A stretch of 64,000 bases of DNA, from positions 1,920,001 through 1,984,000 of the forward strand of contig OY760183.1 in NCBI GenBank assembly GCA_963663275.1. Direction: 5' to 3'. Shown in pieces: positions 8,882 through 19,940 of this stretch. Both the position numbers and the translations under genes were made by a program. The first letter of the stretch is position 1, and each line of letters starts with the position of its first letter. Source of the stretch: Chloroflexota bacterium. Its GTDB lineage: Bacteria > Chloroflexota > UBA11872 > VXOZ01. The notes under the pieces are model-generated. The model made no database searches. It was given only the letters and a program-made list of their open reading frames with translations, and was not told the origin of the DNA.

Positions 8882-9892
8882 ATGATGCGTGACGCTAAGA
8901 CCTACCACTATCCCATTACCCTGTTCAACCCGGAGGCGGCACAGGTTGTGCTGGAGCCATTGGCGGCGGGGAACGGCCATTGGGTGGGCGCGCCTTGCGC
9001 GTTGTATCTGCCGGATGAAGGGGCGTTCTACCTCTACTACCGGCGGCGGCGTCCGCGCGGGGAGGAGCCGGATCGCGGGTTCGCGTGCTCCGTGGCGCGC
9101 AGCGCGGACGGCAGGCAATTCGAGACCGTTTGGTCGGCCTCCAAGGAGGCGTTTGGCGGCTCGCCTTCCGTTGAGAAGAGCAGCCTGGTCAGAGACGCCG
9201 GCGGGCGCTTTCTGCTATTCGTCTCCTATGTGGACAGCGCGGACAACCGCTGGCGGATCGATATGCTGGAAGCGGACACGCCGGAGAGGTTCGACGCAGC
9301 CGCGCGCCGGCCGGTGTTGACGGCGGCGGACATCCAGGCGGAAGGCGTGAAGGACCCCTACGTCGTCAACGTGGGCGGCCTCTGGCACATGATCGTGAGC
9401 TACGCGCCCACTCCCGCGCTGGCGGACGCGCCCGCCCGTGAAGCGATGCACGCCACCGCCGACGTCTACAATACCGGCATTGCCAAGTCGAGCACGGGTC
9501 TGGCGGTGAGCGCCGACGGACGCGAGTGGGAGTGGCAAGGCGACATTTTCGCGCCCCGCGAAAAGGGCTGGGATAGCTACTGCAGCCGCATCTCTTCCCT
9601 CGCGCGCGTGGGCCGGCAGTGGCTGGCGTTCTACGACGGCTCGGCGGACGTTTCCGAAAATTACGAGGAGCAGTGCGGCCTGGCGCTCTCCGCCGACTTG
9701 CGCGCGTTCACCCGCCTAAGTCTTAAAGGCCCGGCGGTACAGTCACTTGGCGGTACGCGCTCCGTGCGCTACGTGGACGCGGTACCGGTTGGCGACGAAC
9801 TGTACTTCTACTACGAGTGCGCCCGCGCCGACGGCGCGCACGATCTTCGCCTGAGCATCCTGCCCCGCGACGTTTTTTGCCCCGGCGAATGA
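8882..9892 (+). CDS. putative five-bladed beta-propeller glycoside hydrolase (GH43/GH130/GH117-like)
   Basis: GAP, EKSSL, VKDPYV, WDS, FYDG, RYVD blade motifs. Confidence 0.6.
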   Translation: MMRDAKTYHYPITLFNPEAAQVVLEPLAAGNGHWVGAPCALYLPDEGAFYLYYRRRRPRGEEPDRGFACSVARSADGRQFETVWSASKEAFGGSPSVEKSSLVRDAGGRFLLFVSYVDSADNRWRIDMLEADTPERFDAAARRPVLTAADIQAEGVKDPYVVNVGGLWHMIVSYAPTPALADAPAREAMHATADVYNTGIAKSSTGLAVSADGREWEWQGDIFAPREKGWDSYCSRISSLARVGRQWLAFYDGSADVSENYEEQCGLALSADLRAFTRLSLKGPAVQSLGGTRSVRYVDAVPVGDELYFYYECARADGAHDLRLSILPRDVFCPGE

Positions 9893-9934
9893 AACGGCGG
9901 ACACCCCCCCATCCCCCGAACCATGCGCGCCCAT

Positions 9935-10080
9935 GGTAGGGGCACGACATGTCGTGCCCCTACCATGGGGCGCGGCCGGGTGGGAATCGCCCGAGCCGAG
10001 GATAGAATTCGACATGTCGTGCCCCTACCACAGGGCGCGGCCAGGTCGAAATTGCCCGAGCCGAGGATTGAATTCACCAC
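9935..10080. repeat. GTAG-type REP (gtaggggcacgacatgtcgtgcccctac) in a 65-bp tandem duplication
   Basis: cgacatgtcgtgcccctacca at 9945 and 10010 with similar downstream sequence. Confidence 0.85.
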
Positions 10081-10171
10081 GTCCCGCCCCTGCCAGGGCA
10101 CGCGAAACCTGGCCACCGCTGTCGTCTGTCCGTTGTGGGTGTAGGGACAGGCGTGCTACTATTCGGAAGCC

Positions 10172-10714
10172 ATGAACTCTATTCCCCTTTGGCGCTACAT
10201 TGCCGTGGGCGTGGCCGGCGGCACGCTGTCCGGTCTTGCCGGTGTCGGCGGCGGCGTCGTCATCGTCCCGCTGATTACGGCCTATCTGGCGTTGTCGCAG
10301 CGCCAGGCGCACGCGGTGAGCTTGGGCGCAATCGTGCCCACCGCCATTGCCTCGGCGCTGGTCTACGCCCTGTGGCCGCGCGACGAGCCGCCGGGCAACG
10401 CGGTGCCGGCGTACATAGCCGGGGCCGGTTTCATGCTCAGCGCCGTGCTGGCGGCGCCGCTCGGCGTGCGCATCTCCCACCGCATCAACCAGAGGCAACT
10501 CAAGCGGCTTTTTGCCATCCTACTCACCGCCGTCGGCCTCCGCATGCTCTTGCAGCATCCCGTGCTTGGGAACGCCATCTTGATTGCCGGTTTCGTCTTG
10601 ATGGTAGCCGTGGGGATTTGGAGCTTGGTGTTTCGCCGGGAGGAGACGCAGGAGAAACCGGACGACGCGGCTGACAAGGACACGGAAGACGGAACTGAGG
10701 AGGCGGCGGAATGA
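10172..10714 (+). CDS. TauE/SafE family membrane protein (half-size)
   Basis: LSGLAGVGGGVVIVP motif, hydrophobic helices. Confidence 0.85.
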   Translation: MNSIPLWRYIAVGVAGGTLSGLAGVGGGVVIVPLITAYLALSQRQAHAVSLGAIVPTAIASALVYALWPRDEPPGNAVPAYIAGAGFMLSAVLAAPLGVRISHRINQRQLKRLFAILLTAVGLRMLLQHPVLGNAILIAGFVLMVAVGIWSLVFRREETQEKPDDAADKDTEDGTEEAAE

Positions 10715-11154
10715 CTCTGGAGCCGGAACTGGCCGTTTTCCTCTTCAGCTTGCTCATCGGCTTTGGCGCGGGCCTGCTCAGCGGCACCATGGGCGTGGGC
10801 GGCGGCATCATCATGGTGCCCGCGGCGGTGCTCATACTGGGGTACAACCAGCACATCGGCCAGGGCATTTCGCTGGTGGTGATGATTCCCACCACGCTGG
10901 CCGGCGCGATTACCCACTACCGGATGAAGAATCTCAAGCTAAAGCCGGTGTTGCTGATCGCGATTGGCGCGGTCGCCGCCGGTTTGCTGGCCGCCACGCT
11001 GGCGCAACAGCTTTCGCAAGCCACCTTGCAGCGCGTGTTTAGCCTCTGGGTGCTGTATTCCGCCATTCGCGCCTGGGGGATAAACGACTGGATAATGCAG
11101 CGTTTCTTCGGCCGCCAGCCGGCGGAACATGTGGAAGAAGCCCCGGAAGAGTGA
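10711..11154 (+). CDS. TauE/SafE family membrane protein (half-size)
   Basis: LSGTMGVGGGIIMVP, QGISL; ATGA overlap with upstream gene. Confidence 0.85.
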   Translation: MTLEPELAVFLFSLLIGFGAGLLSGTMGVGGGIIMVPAAVLILGYNQHIGQGISLVVMIPTTLAGAITHYRMKNLKLKPVLLIAIGAVAAGLLAATLAQQLSQATLQRVFSLWVLYSAIRAWGINDWIMQRFFGRQPAEHVEEAPEE

Positions 11155-11216
11155 TCGGAGCATACGTTGAACTTCGAACGCAGCGCTTTCCCCCCATTCC
11201 GCTGGCGCCCCAGGCG

Positions 11217-11318
11217 CGTTCGCCCAGAGCTTGTCGAAGGGTGAACGTAACGCAGGTAAGGCTATGGCACAGACTCACGACAATTCCGTTCATGCTTCGA
11301 CAGGCTCAGCACGAACGG
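11217..11318. repeat. inverted pair of cttcgacaggctcag-family REPs
   Basis: 11217-11247 and 11286-11318 in opposite orientation between convergent genes. Confidence 0.85.
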
Positions 11319-11367
11319 GACCTCCTGCGTCCTAACCTGGACGGATTGACAGAGCCGCTCATCAGGC

Positions 11368-12207
11368 CTACTCTAGTCCGAGCAGGCTCAGGCTGTCCCG
11401 GTGGATGATGCCCTCGATCACGTCCTCAGGCACGCGCGGCAGCGCCGTGCCCTCCACGAGGGCGTTCGCGTTGCGCAGTCCGGCCATGGTGTCGGCGGCG
11501 CTGAAAAGGGGAAAGTCCGTGCCGAAGAGCAGCTTGTGCGCCGCGCCGTATTCCACCGCAGTCATCAGGGCGTTGTAGTATTGCCACGGGCGGGGGTAGA
11601 GGCCGCTGATGTCGGTGTAGACATTGGGTTGCTTGCGCACCACCGAGACCGTTTCGCCGACGCCGGGATGCCCCATGTGCGCCACGATAATCTTCAGGTC
11701 AGGAAAGCGAATCGCCACCTCATCCACTTGGTACGGCTGAGCGTACTTCAATGGCGCTTTGCGCACGAAGGTCGTGCCGTGGTGCCACATCACGGGGGCG
11801 CCGAGCGCCTCGGCCTTGGCGAACATGGCGAGCGCGCCGGCGGAGAGCGGATCGTACCCCTGGTAGATAGGGCCGATCTTGAGGCCGCGCAGTCCGAGGC
11901 TTTTCACCGCGTGCTCCAGTTGGTCGGGGGCGTCCGCGTCGTTGGCGTCCACGCTGGCAAAGCCGATGACGTTGTCGCCGGCCCCGCGCACGTAGTCGGC
12001 CACGTACTCGTTGGGCACCACGATGCCGCTGTACGGGGCGTAGAGCGGAAAGACGATGATGGCGTCCACGGCGTCAACCGCCTGCCGGTGTACTTCCGGC
12101 GGCGCATCGATAGTATGCCCCTTCCACGACGCGCCCAGATCCGCTTTGAATTCATCCGTGAGGTGCAGCGCGGAATCCGCCATGTGCGAGTGAACGTCTA
12201 CGATCAT
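11368..12207 (-). CDS. amidohydrolase family protein (Amidohydro_2)
   Basis: IVDVHSH, AHMGHP, FGTDFP. Confidence 0.9.
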   Translation of the reverse strand: MIVDVHSHMADSALHLTDEFKADLGASWKGHTIDAPPEVHRQAVDAVDAIIVFPLYAPYSGIVVPNEYVADYVRGAGDNVIGFASVDANDADAPDQLEHAVKSLGLRGLKIGPIYQGYDPLSAGALAMFAKAEALGAPVMWHHGTTFVRKAPLKYAQPYQVDEVAIRFPDLKIIVAHMGHPGVGETVSVVRKQPNVYTDISGLYPRPWQYYNALMTAVEYGAAHKLLFGTDFPLFSAADTMAGLRNANALVEGTALPRVPEDVIEGIIHRDSLSLLGLE

Positions 12208-12339
12208 GCTGGCTTTCTTTCGTGATTGTTGCTCTCTACCGTTCGTCCGCTAACGCGGTAGCACCAGCATACCACGTCACGAGACGCGGCAATTGGGCCG
12301 GCGCTTCTTCGACCAATGGGCATGAGGGCGGAGATGGCG

Positions 12340-12705
12340 CAGCGGGCGCGTCGCCGGTCACTTTCAGGCGCAGCGTCCCACTGTCATTCCGAATGGAGCG
12401 CCCCTGCGTCATGTCAAACGGAGCGTATCGCCCCACTGTCATTCCGAACGGAGCGGAGCGCAGTGAGGAATCTAGTGTGGTGAGCCGATCAGACTTCACG
12501 CGGCAAGGACTCTAGATTCCTCGCTCCGCTCGGAATGACAGATAGATGCAGTCGGAATGACAGGCAGATTCGCTTGGAATGATGGGTAATTGTGCCGGTA
12601 GTGACAGGTAGCTGTGCCCGTGGTGACGGCAGCTGCGCCCGTAGTGACAGGTAGCTGCGCCAGTAGTGAAGGTAGCTGCGCCCGTGGTGACGGTAGTTGC
12701 GCTCT
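12340..12705. repeat. gtcattccgagcggagcgaggaatct-family inverted pair flanked by degenerate tandem arrays
   Basis: Inverted copies at 12437-12475 and 12512-12540; about 8 units of 21-22 bp from 12532. Confidence 0.85.
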
Positions 12706-12774
12706 GCATGTGATGAGATGAGGCCTAGTGTGGCGGTCACGTCTACGTATGAAAGACCCCCTCGAAGCAGTTGC

Positions 12775-12803
12775 TTGAAAACAACGGCGCTACGGCGTAC
12801 CAT
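12775..12803 (+). promoter_or_regulatory. candidate sigma70 promoter for argS
   Basis: TTGAAA-N17-TACCAT. Confidence 0.55.
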
Positions 12804-12816
12804 AGGAAGCACAGAC

Positions 12817-12847
12817 AGCGGCCATGCAGCGGTCGCTTTCTTTATTT
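12817..12847 (+). terminator. terminator-like hairpin in argS leader
   Basis: agcggcc/ggtcgct stem followed by TTCTTTATTT. Confidence 0.5.
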
Positions 12848-12940
12848 GGGAGCGGCGCAAAGGGACGGCCGGCGTCAGTACTTTGGGACAATGCCGGTTC
12901 TCCGCGACGAAACGACTCTGATTAGGAACATAGCGATCTG

Positions 12941-14680
12941 ATGAAAACAGAATCAGCCCGCGCGCACATTCGCGGTTTGTTGGCGCACGCCTTGAGCGTT
13001 GCGCAGGAGCAGAACAAGCTGCCGCCGCTGGCGAACACCGACGTGACGCTTGAGTACGCGCCGCCGGAAAAGGCCGATTACGCCTCCAATCTGGCTTTGC
13101 GGCTCGCCCGCGCCGTGCGCATGCCGCCGTTGCAGGTTGCCGAGGTAATCGCGGCGGCGCTGCCGGAGAGTGACTATCTGGCCGAGGTGAGCGTGGCGCC
13201 GCCGGGGTTCATCAACTTCCACTTGAGCGAGGCGTGGTTGGCGCGCCAGGTGGATGAGATCGTCGCGCAGGGCGCGGCCTACGGCAACTGCGACGTGGGC
13301 GGCGGCGCACCGCTCCAAGTCGAGTTCTGCAGCGCCAATCCCACCGGCCCGCTGACGATTGGCAGCGGGCGCAACATCGTGCTGGGCGATACGCTGGCGC
13401 GTGTGCTGGAGGCCGCCAATTACCAGGTGCAGCGGGAGTACTACGTCAACGACGCGGGCAGCCAGATGGACACCTTTGCCCGCACTCTGCTGGCCCGCTA
13501 CCAACAACTGCACGGCACGGACGCCCACGTGCCGCCGGACGGCTACGCCGGCGAGTACATGGTGGAACTTGCCGCGCAAGTCAAGGCAGAAGCCGGCGAT
13601 AGCATGGTGGAGATGCCGGAGAGCGAGGCGCTGCACGCCCTGCACGAGCGCGGCCTGGCGCTGATGCTGGAGTCTATCCGCGAGGACTGCGCGCTGCTGG
13701 GCGTGGAATTCGACGCCTGGGTTTCCCAGGCCTGGCTGGAAGATGAGGGCCGGGTGCAAGCCGCCATCGACACGCTGCGCGCGCGCGGGCGCGTGGCCGA
13801 GCGGGAGGGCGCGACTTGGTTCGTTTCGACTGATGTTGAGGAAGATAAAGACAACGTGCTGGTACGCAGCAACGGCGAGCCGACGTACTTTGCCGCCGAC
13901 GTCGCCTACCATGACTACAAGCTGGAACGCGGTTTTGCCAGTCTCATCGACGTGTGGGGCGCGGACCATCACGGTCACGTGCCGCGGGTGAAAGCCTCGC
14001 TGGCGGCCCTGGGCCACGACCCGGAACGGCTTACGATCCTGCTCTATCAACTGGTGCGCGTGCTGCGGGGCGGCGAAGAGGTGCGCATGTCCAAGCGCAC
14101 CGGCGACGTGGTGACCGTGCGCGAGGTGGTGGAAGAGGTGGGCGTTGACGCCAGCAGGTACTTCCTGGTGGCGCGCTCGCCCGATACCGCCATGAGCTTC
14201 GACCTGGACCTGGCGCAGCAGGAGTCGGAAGAAAACCCGGTCTACTATATCCAGTACGCCCACGCGCGCACGGCGAGTATTTTGAAACGCGCGGGGCAAG
14301 AAGGCGTTGTCTCTGACGAAGGCGGCGACAGTGACGAAGGCGGCGTTTCCAATGGAGGCGGCGTTTCCAACGAAGTCATCGAGCCGGGCGCCGCCGACCT
14401 GGACCTCTTGCGGCATCCGGCGGAACTTGCGCTCCTGCGACTGATGATTCGTCTGCCGGAACTCATCGAGGACGTGGCGCGCCAGCACGCGCCGCACCGG
14501 CTGGCCTTTTACGCCCAAGAATTAGCGGCGCTCTTCCACGCCTTCTACCGCGATTGCCGGGTGATCGACCCGGATGACCCTGCGCTTTCCCGGGCGCGCT
14601 TGCAGTTGGCGCGGGCGGCTAAGCTGGTGCTGGCGCGCTGCCTGAGCCTGATGGGGATGTCCGCCCCGGACCGTATGTAG
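12941..14680 (+). CDS. argS: arginine--tRNA ligase
   Basis: DYASNLA, PGFINF, SANPTGPL, REYYVND, WGADHHGH, MSKRTG, YIQYAHAR, terminal APDRM. Confidence 0.97.
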   Translation: MKTESARAHIRGLLAHALSVAQEQNKLPPLANTDVTLEYAPPEKADYASNLALRLARAVRMPPLQVAEVIAAALPESDYLAEVSVAPPGFINFHLSEAWLARQVDEIVAQGAAYGNCDVGGGAPLQVEFCSANPTGPLTIGSGRNIVLGDTLARVLEAANYQVQREYYVNDAGSQMDTFARTLLARYQQLHGTDAHVPPDGYAGEYMVELAAQVKAEAGDSMVEMPESEALHALHERGLALMLESIREDCALLGVEFDAWVSQAWLEDEGRVQAAIDTLRARGRVAEREGATWFVSTDVEEDKDNVLVRSNGEPTYFAADVAYHDYKLERGFASLIDVWGADHHGHVPRVKASLAALGHDPERLTILLYQLVRVLRGGEEVRMSKRTGDVVTVREVVEEVGVDASRYFLVARSPDTAMSFDLDLAQQESEENPVYYIQYAHARTASILKRAGQEGVVSDEGGDSDEGGVSNGGGVSNEVIEPGAADLDLLRHPAELALLRLMIRLPELIEDVARQHAPHRLAFYAQELAALFHAFYRDCRVIDPDDPALSRARLQLARAAKLVLARCLSLMGMSAPDRM

Positions 14681-14694
14681 ACCCGGCCGCCCAC

Positions 14695-15813
14695 TCAGGC
14701 CACTTCCGCCAGCACCGCGGCCACGTGCCAGTAGAGATTCCACACCTCGCGCGCGAAGACGAGCCGGTTGGCGTCGTTAGTGGGATAGAGATGGGCGAAG
14801 AGAACGAAAGACCGAAACACCACGGTCGTGTGTTCTCCAGCCGCTTCGGCAAGGTGGACAGACTCGCTATAGGGCAGGAAAGCGTCGGCGTGGTCGTGGG
14901 CAATGTAGAGCCGGGCGCGCACGTTCCGCACGTCGGCTGAAGGCGAGATGTCTTGCAGCCAGCCGACGAGCGCCGGGTCGCCGGCAAGAATCTGCCGGGT
15001 GCGGCGGGGATTTTCATTCGCGTAGAGCGCCAGTAGGGTGCGTCCCCGCTGCGAGAGCGTCGCGGGCGGCGCGGTTTCGCCGGCCAGGGCGGCGCGGAGG
15101 CGCGCCCGTTCCGTATCGCTCCCGACGGTTTCCAGCAGCGCGTGTTGAAAGAGGTCGGCGGCCAGTGGGTCCGGCTGCCACGGCACGGCCTCGCCCCCGA
15201 TCAGCGTCTGCCGCGTCGTCACGGCGCTGAGGACGTTCGCCGCGTCGTAGTAGCCGCCAAAGCTGTGCACGAACGCCACGCGGTCGCGGATGCGGGGGTC
15301 CGCCGCCGCCCGCAACGCCAGTCCCGCGCCCACCGAGAACCCCAGAATGCCTACGCGCTCGCGGTCAACCTCCGGTCGGTCGTGCAGATAGAGCGTGGCC
15401 TGCACGACGCCTTCGATCTCTTTGGGGTCGATGACGCCCGCTTCCATGCGGCGCGACTGATGCACGAGCACCACGATGCCCTGCCGCGCCAGCCCGCGCA
15501 CCAGCGCCTGGGCATAGGGGTCGTCCGCCGGCGACGCGATGCCCAGATAGATGAGAATTGCCCCGTAAGGCCCCTCGCCGTCCGGCAGATAGAGATCGCC
15601 GACCAACGCCGGGTCAGAGCCGTCGTACGCGGTGCGTTCCTGGCGGATGGGATTGCCGACGAAGCTGAGCGGCTTGATGGGTACCTGCGGCAGCACCTCG
15701 GTGAGCAGCAGCGCCGCCTTGAAGACCGAACGCTCCTCAGCGGGAGTCAAGCAGCTAGTCAGCAACAAGCCGCAGGCCAAGAGGAGCAGGATGAAAAGTC
15801 GCAACGTGCGCAT
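14695..15813 (-). CDS. alpha/beta hydrolase, probably exported/lipoprotein
   Basis: Signal peptide ending LTSC; GFSVG nucleophile elbow; later D and H. Confidence 0.75.
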   Translation of the reverse strand: MRTLRLFILLLLACGLLLTSCLTPAEERSVFKAALLLTEVLPQVPIKPLSFVGNPIRQERTAYDGSDPALVGDLYLPDGEGPYGAILIYLGIASPADDPYAQALVRGLARQGIVVLVHQSRRMEAGVIDPKEIEGVVQATLYLHDRPEVDRERVGILGFSVGAGLALRAAADPRIRDRVAFVHSFGGYYDAANVLSAVTTRQTLIGGEAVPWQPDPLAADLFQHALLETVGSDTERARLRAALAGETAPPATLSQRGRTLLALYANENPRRTRQILAGDPALVGWLQDISPSADVRNVRARLYIAHDHADAFLPYSESVHLAEAAGEHTTVVFRSFVLFAHLYPTNDANRLVFAREVWNLYWHVAAVLAEVA

Positions 15814-15964
15814 CGGTCCGCCCGTGTCGCGCGCTATCCGCGCCGGCGCCATAAATCTGTGAACGGTATCCGTATCGCCTCTATTGTATGCTACACGGGC
15901 GCTGGGAAACGTGCATTTGAAACAGGAAATCTAGTCGGTTGACGCCGATTTAGCGTGAGTAGTC

Positions 15965-16300
15965 TTACGGAGTCCGTTCCTCTTCTCCCACGTCGGAGAA
16001 GTTGGTGATAGCCACCTCGCCATCGGGAAACTCGGCCACGATCTTCAGCTTGCCGCCCACGGCCTCGATGTAGGCGCGGAGGCTGGACACGTACACGTCG
16101 GTCCGTTGCTCCAACTTGGCGACGGCGGGCTGATTTACCCGCAGCATCGCGGCGAGGTCTTGTTGAGTCAACGCGCGCGCCCGGCGCAACTCGTGCAGCG
16201 GCCTTTCCGCTAGCAATTCCCGCTTCACGTCGTCAATCCGCCGGCGGCGCTCCGGCGTGAAGTCCTCGGTCAGTTCGCTGAACGGTTGGCGTCCACTCAT
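15965..16300 (-). CDS. XRE-family HTH protein (HigA-like antitoxin)
   Basis: LHELRRARALTQQDLA...QPAVAKLEQRTDVYVSSLRAYIEAVGGKL. Confidence 0.9.
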   Translation of the reverse strand: MSGRQPFSELTEDFTPERRRRIDDVKRELLAERPLHELRRARALTQQDLAAMLRVNQPAVAKLEQRTDVYVSSLRAYIEAVGGKLKIVAEFPDGEVAITNFSDVGEEERTP

Positions 16301-16397
16301 TCGAGCGCCCCTTCTTTTCTCAGTTCCTCAAGATACTCGACGTAAAGGCCGTCAGCCACCAGCCGAACTCGTCCGCGTACTCCACAAGCCAAGGCAT
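16297..16397 (-). pseudogene. internally deleted RelE/Gp49-like toxin gene
   Basis: N-terminus MPWLVEYADEFGWW joined out of frame to C-terminus VADGLYVEYLEELRKEGALE*, whose stop overlaps the antitoxin ATG. Confidence 0.75.
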
Positions 16398-16474
16398 GGA
16401 TGCATTATATCCCAGGTTCGGAATACTATGGAAGAAATGACCGGAGGCTCCCCGGAGCGTTCGGTCTCCTACCC

Positions 16475-16503
16475 TTGACTGTCTGGAGAGATTCACCTAT
16501 ACT
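16475..16503 (+). promoter_or_regulatory. sigma70 promoter of tRNA-Glu
   Basis: TTGACT-N17-TATACT. Confidence 0.8.
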
Positions 16504-16537
16504 CGAAGTACAGTGCCTATAGTGCGGGAACGGGCGT

Positions 16538-16614
16538 GGCGCATTCGTCTAGAGGCCTAGGACACCGCCCTCTCAAGGCGGAGATCACGGGTTCGAATCC
16601 CGTATGCGCTACCA
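16538..16614 (+). tRNA. tRNA-Glu (CTC)
   Basis: Cloverleaf; anticodon arm ccgcc-ctctcaa-ggcgg, GTTCGAATC, encoded CCA. Confidence 0.97.
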
Positions 16615-16619
16615 CAGAG

Positions 16620-16661
16620 AGGCTTCACGGCAGGCGGTTGGCGTGTCGTGAGGTCTGTTTT
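16620..16661 (+). terminator. probable terminator after tRNA-Glu
   Basis: aggcttcacggca/tgtcgtgaggtct stem followed by GTTTT. Confidence 0.55.
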
Positions 16662-16811
16662 CGTGAGAGGTTAATGGCGAAGGGATTGCTGAGAGGGTCC
16701 TCATGGACAGTGGGGTATTGGAAAGAGAGACACAGTTACCAGGATAGTCGTTGGCTGGCGCCGCTGCGTCTCGCGGCGACTGCTTTGCCAACCCCAAGAG
16801 GTGTCGTTCGA

Positions 16812-16850
16812 CCGCTTTCGTCACGGTGATGGGAGCGGGTTTCTTGTTGT
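16812..16850 (+). terminator. terminator-like hairpin in valS leader
   Basis: ccgctttcgtc/gatgggagcgg stem followed by TTTCTTGTT. Confidence 0.55.
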
Positions 16851-16908
16851 CTGGACAGAGGAATGAGCGTGGAGACCGCACAGAGGCGATAAGAGGGAAA
16901 GCGCAAGC

Positions 16909-19605
<2,697 letters not shown>

Positions 19606-19635
19606 GCGTGGGTGGCCCATGCCGCGTGCGCGTGT

Positions 19636-19720
19636 TGAAGACCTACGCTACCGGAGCGGCCCGCGCAGGCTGAAAACCTACGCTACCGAGCGGCCTGCGT
19701 GGGTTGAGAGCCTACGCTGG
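19636..19720. repeat. three ~34-bp units with cctacgctacc core
   Basis: Relatives of the gcaggttacaaacctgcgctaccgg family. Confidence 0.65.
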
Positions 19721-19940
19721 CATTCGCGGTGGCCTTCCGTCGTGAAGGCTGGGATAATGGGGACGGAAGGCTGGGGCCGCTGGCGGGCGGGCTTGGCCGG
19801 GGGCGCCCGTGTTTTGTGCGAAACCGGTCTGCGGCGGTGCGATTGGCGCTGGTCGCGGCTTGTGTAACTCCTGGAGAAATGTGCAACGAACACCGGAGCC
19901 GAATGGCTTCTAGCGAACCAAAGAGGGATGAGACGATACG

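Noticed and set aside
16660-16860. T-box riboswitch upstream of valS (GCTGAGAG resembles the stem I distal loop)
   Set aside because: No GGTGGNACC antiterminator bulge or specifier loop found; also absent upstream of ileS and argS
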